Shown: in pieces, positions 1-14,390 of the stretch
Position numbering within the stretch: position 1 is the first letter of the stretch
How the letters are laid out: every line of letters begins with the position of its first letter
Assembly (NCBI GenBank): GCA_050084515.1
Contig: CM114271.1
Span: 49,166,001-49,230,000 of the forward strand
Source: Blasia pusilla
Lineage: Eukaryota
Direction: 5' to 3'
Length of the DNA stretch: 64,000 nt
Made by a program: the position numbers and the translations under genes
Notes under the pieces: generated by a model
Told to the model about the DNA's origin: nothing
Seen by the model: the letters and a program-made list of their open reading frames with translations, nothing else
Databases searched by the model: none

Positions 1-2059
1 CCCTAAAAAGTATTGTATTCCCCTCTCCCTTATTTGAGAGAAGATATCCCTTCTCTCCCCCATGAGTCTTTTCCTTCATAAATTTGTTCCTTTCTCCCCT
101 TCTACCTTTTTTCCTAAAATTTCATGCCTACACAACTAGCCACATATGATTTCTGGATTTGTTCGGAGTCTATGTGCTTGCCATATGGCACATGGATTAT
201 AACACAAGGTGGAATTAAAACATCATGTACATGTACTTATTCTAGAGTTAATTATGTTTCTTATACTATTTTTTTGGTAACTTGTGCATCCCGTCATAAT
301 AATTATCCAAAGAATCCAAAAGGATTTTCATGCCGCCCAGGATATGAGGACGATTTCTTGTTGCAATAGGACAGGTCTGTAGATAGAATAGAAGTGTTTG
401 GAAATCAAGAATTTATATTTTTTTAGTAACATATACTAGTAAAGACCCTTAAGATGCATGGATCTGGGTTTAATTATTCATGTTTCAATGTCACTCTCCT
501 TACCAATCTCTATATGATCCCAATTAATGCAACCAAAAGTACTTTTGAGAGAAATGTAGTCACATGTGAAGAACAACTAAATTCAATTAGTCTATAAATT
601 TTTTGATTTATAAATAATTCATGAACTTATTCAAATAAGGATAATAAGGCATGCCCCGATGAGGGTACGTGTGCAAACAATGTTAAGGTCGGTCCCATGG
701 AATTCTCATTCGACTCAAGCAAACTCTTCAGCAGATTTTATTTTGTAATTTTTTTTTAATTTTCAAGAAATCCGTACAAATAGAACACGCTGATAGAAAT
801 GATCCATTAGTAAGTCAGAAATATTCTTTTCCCTTGAATAAGTCAACTTGTTGAAATTTATTGAAAATAGACTTTGTCTAGGGTGCAACAATTTACCGGT
901 TCTATAAAGTTCGAAGGCTACCTCGTTCCGTTAACGAGGCTCCCCTTGCAACTCCATTAGGTCTCAATCACGAACAACTATTCCAGGACAAACGCAAAAA
1001 ATCATGATTTTCGTAAGGAAAAGTGACTCGAGACACAACCGGTGCAGAAGTCACTCAAAACCCCGATCTTGCGGAAGTAGAGGCAGGAATTGGAAAGGAG
1101 TAGAGAGGTGCGACTCCAACCGGCGACACGAGACCAATTGGAAATACAAGAGGATCCGTTTCATGTGTCTGCTGGATCTCTTCTAAATACTGAGTCTAGC
1201 TTAACAGCCTTCCCGACCAGAAAGGAGGAAATACAGTTCTCTTCCGTATAGAAGCAACCGCGTTACGACCACGGAATGACATTATTTACTGAAGAACAGT
1301 GTGATCGCGACGAAGAAGACGTCAAGGCAGAGCAGGTGGACTCGTGGAGACTCAGGAGAGCTGGTCAGGGAAAGAAAGCAGTCTCCTGCATGGATTAGTC
1401 CGGGCAGCGAGGTCTTTGTTGACGCCCGTCCCGCTCGTGGAGGGACCCGAGATGATTGGAAGGAATGAAACCCGGAGACTGGGGCATGACCGCAGATTCG
1501 CGGGCAGTTCTGGAATCTGGGGCATTGCAGTGCGCTCCCATTGGGCAGTACATGAACTGGTTCCCGGTCAGATACCCGAGCTGACCGCCGGGTGGGTGGG
1601 AACTCCTCCTCCACCATCTCCGCACCTGGTCAGTCTGCTTCTCCTCCTCTTTCCTCTTGGGCGGGGAAATGGAGGCGTGGTGGCGGTAGTGGTGTCTGTT
1701 CTCTCGTGTCACAGGGAGACAGACGGGCAGGACCTCCTCATTCCAGAGCAATGAAGCATCGGAGGAAGGTCGGACTGCTCTGCAGATCTGTAGAATAGAT
1801 CCATTTCCGGGTCGTGAGGGGAGGGGAAGAAGTAACGGACATCGGAATGCTGGCTGCCCTGATCCGGGCCATGTGGATGTGGAGCTGGAATTGGAGCTTT
1901 GGCGTTGGGTGAAGAAAGGGAATAAAACGAGCGGGAGGGATAGTTCGCACCGACTTTTGTGGAGGAGGATTAAGTCAAACATCCAGCAGGTAATGTGAGA
2001 GCTTGCGAGAGAGAATGATGTAAAATTTCACCTGGTTTGCCGTTTAAGGGGGTTCTATC

Positions 2060-2063
<4 letters not shown>

Positions 2064-2091
<28 letters not shown>
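2064..2091. repeat. (AG)14 microsatellite in the probable 5'UTR intron of the flippase gene
   Basis: Pure AG run seen directly, downstream of a candidate donor CAG|GTAATG at ~1990. Confidence 0.9.
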
Positions 2092-2094
<3 letters not shown>

Positions 2095-3120
2095 GTTAGA
2101 TTAGCAAGCCGCGGGGAAGCTTTGTTCGGATCGGCAGTGGAACGAGGAAATGGTCAGGTGGTTCTTAGGTTGTTCTTGTGGTTAAGAGTTTGAGAGTTTG
2201 GGATTTTCATTCTGGAGGAGATGAGGAGTCAAGTAGGGGTGAAGAATAAGGGCGTTCGTGAGGACAGCAGGAAGTATGGAATCAAAGAACGAAAGAATAA
2301 TTTTTCCTTACAGGAGAATGATTCGGAGTTTGTTCTGTTGAGGAGAATGTAAGTGTATGTTGGTTCGGCTTTGTAGGCTAACTGCAAGATGTTCTCGTGG
2401 CCCGGGGGAAGAGGAGGAAATGAACGGGAGTTTGTGTGTCATTGAACCATGAGCAATATGGGATCAGGTGGTGAGCTAGGTCCGACGCTGGACAACAACA
2501 GCTCGTGTTCACAATGAGATGGTGAACAGGGCCCGAATTCTTGAAAGGAATATTGCCAGTTGTTATTGTTTGAACGATCCCGAGATTCTACGCGGAAGTT
2601 CCAATCATTGGTTTCTATTAGTTGATGAGGAGGGATCATATTCATCCCTTTTCTGGAGTTGGGTGTGTAGTCGCGCTTGAGTTGTGCGGAACTCAAAGGT
2701 ATTACTGTGGAGCCAGGGAGTGCCGTTATAATGGTGATATGGCACAAAAGAGACTTCAAGGGTACTGTCAGAGTCTGGTATTCATAATCTTTTGGCCCCG
2801 GCCGGAAGCGAAGGAAGAAGTAGAGAGCGACCATATCCCGCTACCTGGAGAGTTCGCGATGATATGACAGCCTTCATTTCTTTCTTGGGAGAGGACCAGG
2901 GCTACCCATTTGCAGTATGAAGGTTGATTGTCCACCAGCGATTGTGGTCTCTTCCCCGTTGGTGAAACTAATCCACTGAACGTTGTGATAGCTATAAGTT
3001 GGTTCAAATCAGAAGTTTCTCCGGAGGTCCTGTCCAACAGCATTTTCTGTTCTACTCACTGCTCCTTCTAGAATACAGTAGTCATAGGAAACATAATTTC
3101 AAGGTTTTCCTACTCTGAGA

Positions 3121-6100
3121 ATGTCTACAAGTGCTCGTCACCTCCTTGCCTCCACCCCTGCTACCATTCCTGCCACTCCAAATAGTTCAGGTTGGTTGCT
3201 GTCGACCCCTGGGCCGGAAGGTGTTAGTCACCTGCAACCGAACGGTGATCCAAATTTTGCTCCGCAGTCTCATAGTGGTGTACCCCAGTTTACTCATCCC
3301 TCGGGGTTTGCAGAGCAGTCTCGTTCAAGTGCGTTTTTGGAAGGGTATCCACGGTCTTTTTCTGCGTCCCACCACCATACTTTAGGAGGATCTTCGGAAT
3401 CTGGTAGACTTCCGACTGTGCTTGTTAGCGGGAAGCATGGAGAAGATTCGAAAAAACACATTCATTTCAATGTTCCTGAAAGGGGAAATGAAGAACCCGA
3501 GCCCTCGATTCAGATGTTGCGGTCGAATTTTAGCCGAGATGCTCTCAGGGGATCGATCTCCGGTTCGCGTAGAGTTACATTGAAGGATGATCCTAAGACA
3601 ACGAGGGTTGTACACATAAATGATGCCGACAGGAGCTGTATACCCGACAATGTGGCAGGAAATAGAGTTCGCACTAGCAAGTACACCCTTCTGTCATTCT
3701 TGCCTCGCAACATCTTTGAGCAATTTCAAAGAGTAGCGTACATTTACTTTTTGATCATTGTTGTTCTTAACCAAATTCCAGCGCTTGCGGTCTTTGGCCG
3801 AACGGCGTCGATTTTTCCTCTTGCCTTCGTTTTAATCGCAACAGCCCTCAAGGATGCCTATGAGGATTGGACTAGGCGCCGATCTGACAGTGTGGAGAAT
3901 AACAGAACTTCGTTGGTGTTCGAAGGAGGTTTTTATAAGCCGAAGAAGTGGAAGTACATTCGAGTTGGAGATATGGTCAGAATCCATGCAAACGACATGG
4001 TTGCCGCCGACATGGTGCTGTTGGCGACTAGTGAAGCCAGTGGGATAGCCTACATAGAAACCATGAATCTGGACGGCGAGTCCAACCTCAAGACGCGTTA
4101 TGCAAAGCAAGAAACTGCAAATAAGAACCCGGAGGATAGGGGAGTTGATGGAACGCTCATCTGCGAGTTACCCAACCGCAACATCTACGAATTTCAGGCA
4201 TATTTAGATATGGATGGCGTGCATACTCCTCTTGGACCCAACAATATTATTCTTAGGGGATGTGAATTGAAGAACACATCTTGGGTCATAGGGGTAGTGG
4301 TCTACGCGGGCAAGGACACCAAAGCAATGTTGAATAACTCAGGAGCCCAATCCAAGAGAAGCAGGTTGGAGCGGCAAATGAATCGGGAGACCGGTTGGTT
4401 GGTCATGTTTCTCCTTATTCTCTGCCTTGTTGCAGGGATTGGAATGGGAACTTGGGTTGAAAGTCATCATGAGGAGCTCAACAGTCTTCCTTTTTATAGG
4501 AAAAAAGACTACGACGATGGCGGCGAGGATTACATGTACTACGGAGTTCTTGGAGAGGCTGTGGTTGCGTTCTTGAGTTGTGTTATCGTATTCCAAGTGA
4601 TGGTACCGATTGCTCTCTACATCTCGTTGGAGCTAGTACGCCTGTGGCAGTCACGCTTCATGACCAGGGATATGGAGATGTATCATGGTGGCTCAAATTC
4701 GCGTTTTCAATGTAGAGCACTGAACATCAACGAGGATTTGGGGCAAGTAAAATATGTCTTCTCTGATAAAACAGGTACCTTAACCGAGAACAAGATGGAG
4801 TTCCATGCTGCCAGTGTCGCTGGTGTGGACTTCAGCAATGCACAGGTGGCTGTGGACCCTACAAGCAGAACTGAAGGCATGATCACTTCTGAAGATAACG
4901 CAGGTAGTTCCTGACATCCCAATCAGTTTTTGGGTCGAAGTCGGAAGGCTTTGAGCAGTAAGAAGAAACTCCCTCATGAAAATGTTGAATTGGGCCTAAG
5001 AAGTAGAGTACAGTGGTCCATGACGATTTTTTTTTTGCCAGACTCATGGGAATGAATGAAGATTTTAACTACTCGGTGAGAGTTTCCTGAGATCATGGGG
5101 TTTTAGAAAGGAAGCCTATCTTAACCTGTTTCTTTGGTAAGATGCAACATTTCTTGATTGATTCCAGTAAACTGTAAAGCAGAAATGTTCATGGTGTCAT
5201 AGCTATTATCTAGGGATAAAGTCAAAATTTCTTCTTTTTGACGAGGTGATGTGTGATGCAGTTATCCTCGGGAATCAGAAATGGAAACCAAAAGGGGGGG
5301 CAAAGGTTGATCTTCAACTCTTGAAGTTGCTTCAAAGTTCAGTGGACACAATGGAAACCAAGGCAGCTCACGAGTACATGCTTGTGTTGGCTGCCTGTAA
5401 CACAGTAATACCAACTAGAGTTCAAGTAGCAGCCAATGGTCAGATTGAGATGAAAGCAGTATCAAATGATCGAAGTTCTGGACTATCTGGGTTTATTGAG
5501 TATCAGGGTGAATCGCCTGATGAACAAGCTCTTGTATCAGCAGCTGCATCTTATGGCTATGTCCTTCTTGAGAGAAATTTTGACAACATCTTGATCAATA
5601 TTATGGGCATACCTCAGAGGTATTGTTGTTGTTGCAATCATGTTTCACCTTAAGGGCTGCTTTGATCATCCATCTGCAGCTTTGTCCTTCGAGTGTTGGA
5701 GTGGGTTTCTAAGGGGTATTTACATGATTATTAGTTGCTTTCCTTGCATAGAATGTCAGTTTGTTGATCTTGTACACTAAGAATATCTCCTTCGTCTCTT
5801 TCTGCGATTGGCGTGACAGATATCAAATCCTTGGAGTGCATGAGTTTGACAGTGTACGAAAACGTATGTCTGTTATTATCCGATGTCCGGATGGAACTAT
5901 TAAAGTATTAGTGAAAGGCGCTGACAGCGCTGTCTTAGACATAGTGAAGGATATGGATGAAGAAAATAACCTATCGGAAGAGAAACTACGAACCAGCCTC
6001 TTGAGTAAAACAAACACACACTTACAAAGCTACTCTAGTAAAGGGCTACGGACCCTTGTAATTGCTTCAAGAGACCTTGATGCAAAAAAGTTTGAAAATT

Positions 6101-8919
6101 GGCTCTATCATTATGAAATAGCCAGTACTGCTCTGACGGATAGAGTAGGGTTGCTGCGGGTCACTTCAGAGCTGGTAGAGAATAACCTCACTTTACTGGG
6201 AGCTACAGCTATTGAAGACCGATTACAGGAAGGAGTTCCAGAGACCATTGCTTTGCTCAGAGAGGCTGGAATCAAAGTGTGGATTTTGACTGGAGATAAG
6301 CAAGAAACAGCAATATCCATTGGGTTCTCATGCCAGCTCCTCACACAGGACATGCAGCAACTTATTGTACGAGAAACTAGCAAAGAGGGCGTTTTACGCA
6401 CACTACATAACATGAAAAAGTCCTATGGGATTGCTCTGCAGCGAAGAGAAAGTATGTCTACCATAGGTACTGGTGCTGCCATTGTTGAACGCGCAGATGA
6501 CTTCCGTGGTTCTGGGGAAAGTTACAGAAATAGAAATGGCGAGTTATCTAATTCTCCCTCATTCTCATCAGTTGGTGATATGATGAGTAATATTCCATCT
6601 ATGAACAACTTCGAGCCACAACTAGCTCTAATTATTGATGGCAATAGCCTGGTCCATGCTTTATCTCCAGAAGTGGAACAAGAGGTACTTTCTTTATCAA
6701 GATGATATGAGGCTTGTCCATGTTGATGAAATGGGAACCCGAAGGGGATGAGTAAGGTTGTATAAGTGAGCCACATGCTAGTCTGGGATTGTAGATGAAG
6801 CAGTTTATAGATCAAGAGTTTGATGATGGTGGAGTCTTTTGAAAGGTGGTACTATAGTTGATTGGGTCTGAAGGACAGATTTCTGGACCTACTTCAGCGT
6901 GGCCGGATCTTTTGCTATGGTGATAGCCTTTGTACTCTTCTTCCTTGCTGTGTTTACTTGTCTCCATACTATAGTAGTTGCAGATTCCCTGCTTTCCTGC
7001 TTCTGAAGAAGGTTAATTTTGGACTCTGCAGCTCTTTGAAGTTGCGAGGGCCTGCAAAGTTGTCATTTGCTGCAGGGTAGCTCCATTGCAAAAGGCTGCT
7101 GTAGTCAATCTTATCAAGCGAAAAACTGGGGAGTTAACACTAGCTGTTGGAGATGGTGAGCAAACAATTGTTTCTTTCATCTAGTTCTAGGAATCATGAT
7201 AGCATTCAATCATTATGAATTCTACCATGAGGAGCCTATTGAACTCAACTGGTGATTGGACCTTGCCAGGAGTGGAAGTGAATCATTGATATGGATTTTA
7301 ATGTACATGAAATTCCTTGTGTTTGGGTTTTAACGAACTCTTTATTAGCACTTCCACACCTAAAGGAAGTGTGTATATGTAGCACTTCTATATTATGTAG
7401 TGCATGTATAAAATAATGTTTATGACATACAGAAGAGTAGATCGTAGCTGGATAGAAGATGACAATTTAACAAGAGGCTGTGTTTTGATTTTTATTTGTG
7501 TAAGAGGTTGGAGTCTTGGGCTGTGTGTGTCCGTGGACAAGAAATGTCATTCTCCCCCATTGAAGTCTTTGAAAGTGACGACTCAGATTTTTTTTTTCTT
7601 GTGCAGGAGCCAATGATGTCTCAATGATTCAAATGGCAGATGTAGGTGTAGGGCTAAGTGGTCAAGAAGGTCGGCAAGCTGTTATGGCTTCTGATTTTTC
7701 GATGGGTCAGTTCCGATTTTTAAGAAGGTTACTGCTTGTACATGGGCACTGGAACTATCAGCGACTAAGCTCCATGATTTTGTATAACTTCTATCGGAAT
7801 GCAGTATTTGTGCTCATGCTGTTCTGGTGAGTTCAAAATCTGGCTGGAATGTCCATGAAGTTGGTAGATTCTCATGTAATTCACTTTCATGCAACCTTAG
7901 ATTATGGTGCCCCTCTGCCACAAACTACAATCAAAGGTAGTGCATAACTTGATGGATGTGTCTGCTTGCAGGTTTATTCTTTACACTGCATTTTCACCTC
8001 AAAATGCAGTCACTGATTGGAGTCTTGTGTTCTATTCTTTGATCTACACTTCCATTCCCACAATAGTCATTGCAACCTTGGACAAGAATCTTAGTCATAG
8101 GACCTTGTTTAAGTACCCTGCGCTCTATGGTGCGGGACAGAGAGAAGAGGGCTACAATCAACGCCTATTTTGGATCACCATGCTGGACACAGTTTGGCAG
8201 AGCTTGGTGCTCTTTTATGTTCCATACATGTCGTATCGTGCAAGTGATGTGGATCTGTATGGACTCGGAAGTATTTGGACGTTTGGAGTGGTGCTATTAG
8301 TGAATCTGCACTTGGCTATGGATGTGCATAGGTGGAACTGGCTTTCACATGCATCCATCTGGGGTTCAATCATCATAACTTTCATTTGTATGCTTATCCT
8401 GGACGTGATGCCGGTGGATGCATTTCTTCCACATTATGGGTGAGTTGTTCTCATCACCCTAGTTAATACCCTTGTGATTCCATAGTCCTTTCAGGTCTTC
8501 AAGAGAGGATGAGTGAATCTATGGTGTAAAAAATGAGGCTATTTAGAAGTCATGGTCTTTGCACTCCGATGCTTAAGGTACCATCCGGGTGGCTTTCTTC
8601 TCACATATACTGGAATCTGGGATTTTTTTTATCTGTTGTGGATTGAGCGGTCCATGTCTCTGCTGAGTGAGTGACTAACATATTCATTGTGCTATGCAGG
8701 ACAATGACGCATATCATGGGACAATTCCGTTTCTGGTTAGATCTCCTTCTCATTCTTCCTATTGCTCTTTTACCACGGTTCTGTGTTATTGTCCTAAAGC
8801 AGCGGTTCTGGCCCTCAGACATTCAAATTGCACGGGAGGCAGAAATCAGAGGCACTGCCAGTCACCGAAACGAGAGATATTCCCCTGCAGTGGAGCTGGA
8901 CAATCTCCCACCTGGTTAG
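3121..8919 (+). CDS. ALA1: Phospholipid-transporting P4-ATPase (flippase), ALA1-like; exons 3121-4903, 5262-5619, 5820-6684, 7032-7155, 7607-7826, 7972-8439, 8700-8919; 1345 aa
   Basis: Motifs [24 protein letters not shown] (phospho-Asp), [52 protein letters not shown]. All six introns are GT-AG with matching phases, and the spliced length of 4038 nt is in frame. The symbol denotes clade resemblance, not proven orthology. Confidence 0.95.
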
Positions 8920-11493
8920 AGCACCGGGCCTCATCATAGATTTCATAGCCTCTACATACTCATTTCTGCCCTCGGTCCTTAATAAGCCCGAATTTTGTCA
9001 CTGCAGAAAGGTCTTCTTTCAGTTCCCTCACCAAACCGTGCGGCCTGGAGAAGTGTTTGTGTAGGTGCTGCAGCCGTCGACACTGGCATGGTTGCCACCC
9101 TTCCCTAGCGAGGTGTGGAATACCCTCTGGATGCTTAGAAGGGTCCTGGTATTAGATTTTCTTTTTTCAAACCTGATCTGTACAGTGTGACTTGGTAAGG
9201 TGAATCTAGTTTTGCCTTGAGGTAGTGTAAGGGACCGAAGAGTTCAATAAGCATGCACATTGTGTGCACGACTATAGTTAGCGACATTGTGTTGTGGAGG
9301 GTGGCAAACCACTTCCCATCGAAGTCAATGTGGATAGCATCCATCTGGGAATAGTATAATTGAAGTCAGTTAATGAAGATGGTCGTAGTCCTCTGTAGGG
9401 AGTTAACGGGCGGTAGAATCTTAGGCTCATTATTGTACAATAATTTCAAATCTCTGCACATGTGCGGGCAGTGGGTACCTTCCCAGTGATTCAAGCGGTA
9501 ATGTGCATTGGTCTCTATTGTTTGGTTCTCGATTCCAGCTTTCGGGGAGTTTTTGCCGGTTTAAGAACCGGTTTCCAAATACTGCATACGAAGAAGTACC
9601 TAATTTCCGGGTAGTTTTTCGACTTCAAAGTGAAACCGAAATTTCTGATCTCTCCGGGTTCAAATTGCTCTATTCTATCCCTCTCAATCTAGATTCAGTA
9701 ATGGATCTAGATTGAACTTCGCTATTGAATTGTACAGGAAAAGAAGTGATGCTATTGGCAATAAACAAGTAAATTGATATGGAGGAGGGAACCCGTGGGA
9801 TCATGGGATTTCGTGGTTGTGTTGCCAATTGCCATGTTTCTGTCCCACTCGTATGGAATTGAGCCACCCCTACACTTTGTTGGATCGTAAATTGCGGGAA
9901 GCCCATATGAAAGAGGGTAATGTCAACTAGGCAATAGGCGGAGATGACCAAGTGAAACCCTTAGTTGTGAATACCGTGAATCTCAAAATCCATGCATACA
10001 TACGAGAGAAGTGGAGCGCTCTCGTCACTTGTGGGGTGACAGTTGATCCTTATCATTCTACGCTTTGTGTCGTAGAATGGTAAGGATCAACACGTCTTTG
10101 GAACTGTCTAAAGCCGGGCATTTCAGTCGGTTCATCGGCCGGGATGGTAGGCCTAGTGTATGCAGACGCCCAGGCAGGGTTTTTGTAGAGAAGGGTAGTG
10201 GTCTTAATTGAACGTGTGCCTAGGTGATGGGGCAAAAGAAACATCCGCACAATTTCTAATTGCTCTGTACTATCATCTGAAGTTGTAGTAGTGCCTCTTG
10301 TTCTCAAGATGCGCCTGAGTATTAGACTTAACCTTGGTAGACATATGGCGCCAATACACCATATGTCTTATTCTAACTAACTCCCATTGGTTTTGATTAA
10401 CTTCAACAGCTGACGGAAGTGATTCCATTAAAGTTCCATGAGATTTGTTGGCATGTATACTAGTAGGCGTGCGATACTGTTAGATAACATTGGCTTATCA
10501 TACTTAATTTCAATTACCCATCATTATTGGTCCAAATGCATCCCAAACCCACCACCATATCCCAAGAATGACTCAAAATTTTCCAGAAATTGGTGTCAAA
10601 ATTTATTTGGATAAAAAATGCCTATGTCATCTTGAAAGTAGAAAATAGGGCAGCCATTTTGTAGTAGTAATAATTTAAACTAGTGTAAAATGAGTGCTAT
10701 AAACAAGGCCAATACATTTTATCACACATAGGAAGTCATTACACCCCATTCCTCCTACTAATATCCTACTCCTTCATAAATTAAAACCCCATTCTTTCTA
10801 GCAATTAAGAGCTCTCCCAAAAATTGAGTCATTAACATGGCTAACATTAGTTGGTAAAGGCTCTATCATGAAAAACTAATTCAGTGTTCCTAATTTGTCT
10901 TATGGTCTTTATACTTTGTCCTACCATATATGCATGTGGGATTTCCAATAATAATATAGATGATCAAGATTCCCCTAAAATCTCCATTTATAAAGATTTC
11001 TATGGTTGCCATACTACATCCTCATGTTTTTGGATGCATGCATCCCTCCATATGGATTTGAACTAGATACTTCCCGCGAAGTTTTCACTTTCTAAAGTAG
11101 AATGTCATAGTGGATCTATGAAACCATTGTATATTTCTAAACTCATTCTAGCTCTCCCACTCTATATGTTCTTTTTTTCTTTCTTTTCTTCAGACACCAT
11201 ACTTGATGATCTTTGTCAGATCTTTTATCGCGGATCAACAACTAATATCCGTAGGGTGCCTTTGAAGAGGTCAAAGGATAACCTCATGAGATCAAGGATG
11301 ACCTACAGAGTCCTAGGGTTATTTGAGCGAGCATGTTTCCCTCTATTTTGGACTTATTTGGAGTTATATTGAGAAAACTTACTAATTTTGTCAAGTTCCT
11401 AGTAGAGCATACTAGTTTACTTTCGGTTTTGGGAATTGTCCCTTGATCCCTTACTGTAGGTCAAGAGCCAAGAAGGTTACCTCCGTGCACAGA

Positions 11494-11496
<3 letters not shown>

Positions 11497-11564
<68 letters not shown>
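11497..11564. repeat. (GA)34 microsatellite
   Basis: Pure GA run seen directly. Confidence 0.97.
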
Positions 11565-11569
<5 letters not shown>

Positions 11570-13598
11570 TTTTCATGGCGTCTTCCCTGCTGTTATGTTG
11601 TGAGCGTTTGCCCACTTCTTTGGTTATATGGTATCCAAAAATTCTTTCTCATCTTTCTCCCACAGTTTAGGTGTGCTAGAAGCTTGGTTGCATGCACAAT
11701 CTCTTGAACATTTTTTTTCCAAGATTTGGCCTACTTTATGGATCTTCTTTGGGTCCAAGTTTTTCCCATCACCTCTTTAGGATAACAATGAGAGTCCATT
11801 GTGTCCAATTGCCTCAGCCATTTCAACTTGGCAATGTCAAGTCTATCCTCCTAGGGTTCCACTCCAAAATCTGATCTCACACCAACTTTGGCTCTTTGTG
11901 AGGAAGTTGAAATCATACCCCAAAACACCTTCAATTGCAAAGCTTTAAGCATGTCCCTTTGTTTGGTGTTGGCATCCCACACTGCTATCCCATATTCCAA
12001 CGAGCGACGAATGGTATGTAAAATGATAAAGCTCTGTATATATGATGTGATGTCCTAGCAGTGTAGGAATCTTCACAGACCGTTTACCTTCTTGTGGCCT
12101 TTCTCACTAGTCTTCTTAATGTGAGCATCCCACATGTAGTGTTCTAAGAATTCTATGCTCAGATAGGTGTATGTGGGCACATGAGGGATCTCTTTTTTGC
12201 CCCACTACTAGTGTTGGTCTTGGTCATGACATTGCCAAGTCTTGCCATTGAAGCTCATCACACCGCACCATTCTATTGCTATTCATTCGTTGGTTTTGTT
12301 ATTCAATGGGGACTGTGTTCCCCATTGAATGGCTTATGTAAGTGCTCCATGGAGCAAGAGATGCTCATTTATGTGTATTGTGAGTTGATTTTGGGTATGC
12401 GAGAAAGACACACATGCGTAGAAGCGTTGCCCAATTTTGTGTAGAAGTTGAGTATAAGGACCATGTCCACCATGTTGGGGTCTCTAGAGTACCCTTTAGA
12501 TCTTTGGTTTACTATTTTACAATTTCAGAGTATTTTTTGGGAAAATCATTGTGGAGGTATTGCCGATTTTTTTAAAGGAGTTAAGGCCGCGGGATGTATG
12601 ACAATCGCTGCTAGTTGCAGATTGAAGTTCTAACGAAGAAGATAATTATGTGATGCTCTAGAGGGGAAGTCACACATGTTTTAGAAAAGCCAAGTGAAAC
12701 TATCTTCTAGTTGGGAATGAAGTAAAAAATTTATTTAGAGGGAGCTGACCTATTGTAAAAGGGGATGCTATTGAAAAATCCAAGTTGGGGCTATTGTTGG
12801 GATGTTAGACCCATTTTTTGAGGGAAAGCTTTGAGTAAAAATAGAAAAAAGTGACTAGGAGATGATGTCTATCCCTAATCTACTATTTTGATATATGAAA
12901 TACTCACTCTACCAAGTCTTAGGACCTCATTACTATGTTTTTCAGTCACCTAGAGATGCGCACGCAAAAATACCCGCATTTTCCAACTTTCCTCCTCCCC
13001 CACAAGCATCCGAGTAGTTTTCGCTCATTGCCATTTGAATTACCATCAATTGCAATAATTCTTTTGCGATCATCAGTGTTGACACATGTTGACCGTCGAT
13101 GAATGATGTTAGAGGAGACATCAACCAATCGGGTCGAATTCTTGGTTTATCTCCAAGATGCATAATGATTGGTAGCCACTCGAGTTGATTGATGCTATGA
13201 TGCCTGTAGTTGCAACGCATTGCTGATTGTTGCGCCATACCGCTTTCACACTACACCGTCTCAATTTCAGAGCAGCATCATCTCTAAGGGGCAAAGTATA
13301 CATGTATTTCGCTAATATTGAGTGGGAGCCATTGGACCTTGATCGAAGACTGTGTGGTCACGCCCATAGTTGCAATGCGCCGACAATTGCTGTTGTGTTC
13401 CGCTTATGGCCACATCGCAATGTCTTGATAATGGAGCTATACCACATCATCAAGTGATGTGATTTTATATTTATAGTCACACTATCTAAATTACTAAGCC
13501 ACACCACATCATCTAGTGTCGTGCCATCACATTGGTAGTCATATCGTATTGTTGTTGATGTACCACACTATTGAGAAGGATTAAGTTGCATCAAAATC

Positions 13599-14390
13599 TT
13601 ACAGCAGACGGCACCGACGACGTTGGATATAACTGCAGGGGGCACTATCTTGAGAGTGCGTGACGTTTTTCCATCCGGTGTTCTCTTGCTTGAGGGACGC
13701 GATGGTATGGTATGGAAGGACTATGTGCGTAATTGTGCGCCATGTCATCTTCCTAACATTGATGGTTAAGTAGATCTGAGCTTAGCAATAGTTCCTGCAG
13801 GCTTGCGTTGTATGTTGTGTGGTTCTGCCCGTGGTGCGGCCACGATGCTAGTTTATGATGGATGTTCGAGAGGTTGGCATATGGCATGTCTAACGCCACC
13901 TCTCACTAGGGTTCCTCGGGGACGATGGATGTGTCCCAGATGTACATAGAGGAGATACTAGATGGGTTTTGATTCCGAATTTTTCTGTGACATCGATGAC
14001 AGGAAGGCGACTAACGATGGGGCCACATGAGCACTCGGCCTTCTTGCTCTTAGCGTTCGAGAGATGTATGTCATGGTAGGTAGGGATAGATGGCTATCTG
14101 GAGTTAGAGGGACCTAACCACCAGCTAGGGGGGCGATTGGAGATATTTTAGTACTTCTTGTCTCGTTGTTTGGATGCCATGAGTTAGCATGGGATCGTGT
14201 GTGTTTATGTGTGTGTTCGGTGACAACGATGTATGTTGTGTAGCGATGTGTATGCGCACGACATTTGTCACGTCTTTTAGGATAGATCGGTATCAGGGCA
14301 GCAAAGTGTTTGTGGAGCTGTAATGTGGCTATAAATTGAACCGGGTTTTGTTATGTAGCAATGAGGGCTAATCCTCTGATTGTGTGGTTT
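13599..14390 (+). mobile_element. 3' fragment of a Ty3/gypsy retrotransposon: integrase tail with PHD finger, PPT and LTR remnant
   Basis: 13599-13949 translates LQQTAPTTLDITAG...IDG*VDLSLAIVPAGLRCMLCGSARGAATMLVYDGCSRGWHMACLTPPLTRVPRGRWMCPRCT* (C4HC3 pattern, one Cys->Tyr, internal TAA at 13767). PPT-like AGGGGGG at ~14127 is followed by TG at 14138. The right end is approximate. Confidence 0.75.

Noticed and set aside
1282-1982. Overlapping 68-195 aa ORFs and a GGAGGGATAG miR390-like string near 1934
   Set aside because: No recognisable domain; the ORFs are explained by high GC; the miRNA match is only partial and no precursor stem was seen.
11443-11707. ER/RE-repeat ORFs
   Set aside because: These are translations of the (GA)34 microsatellite.
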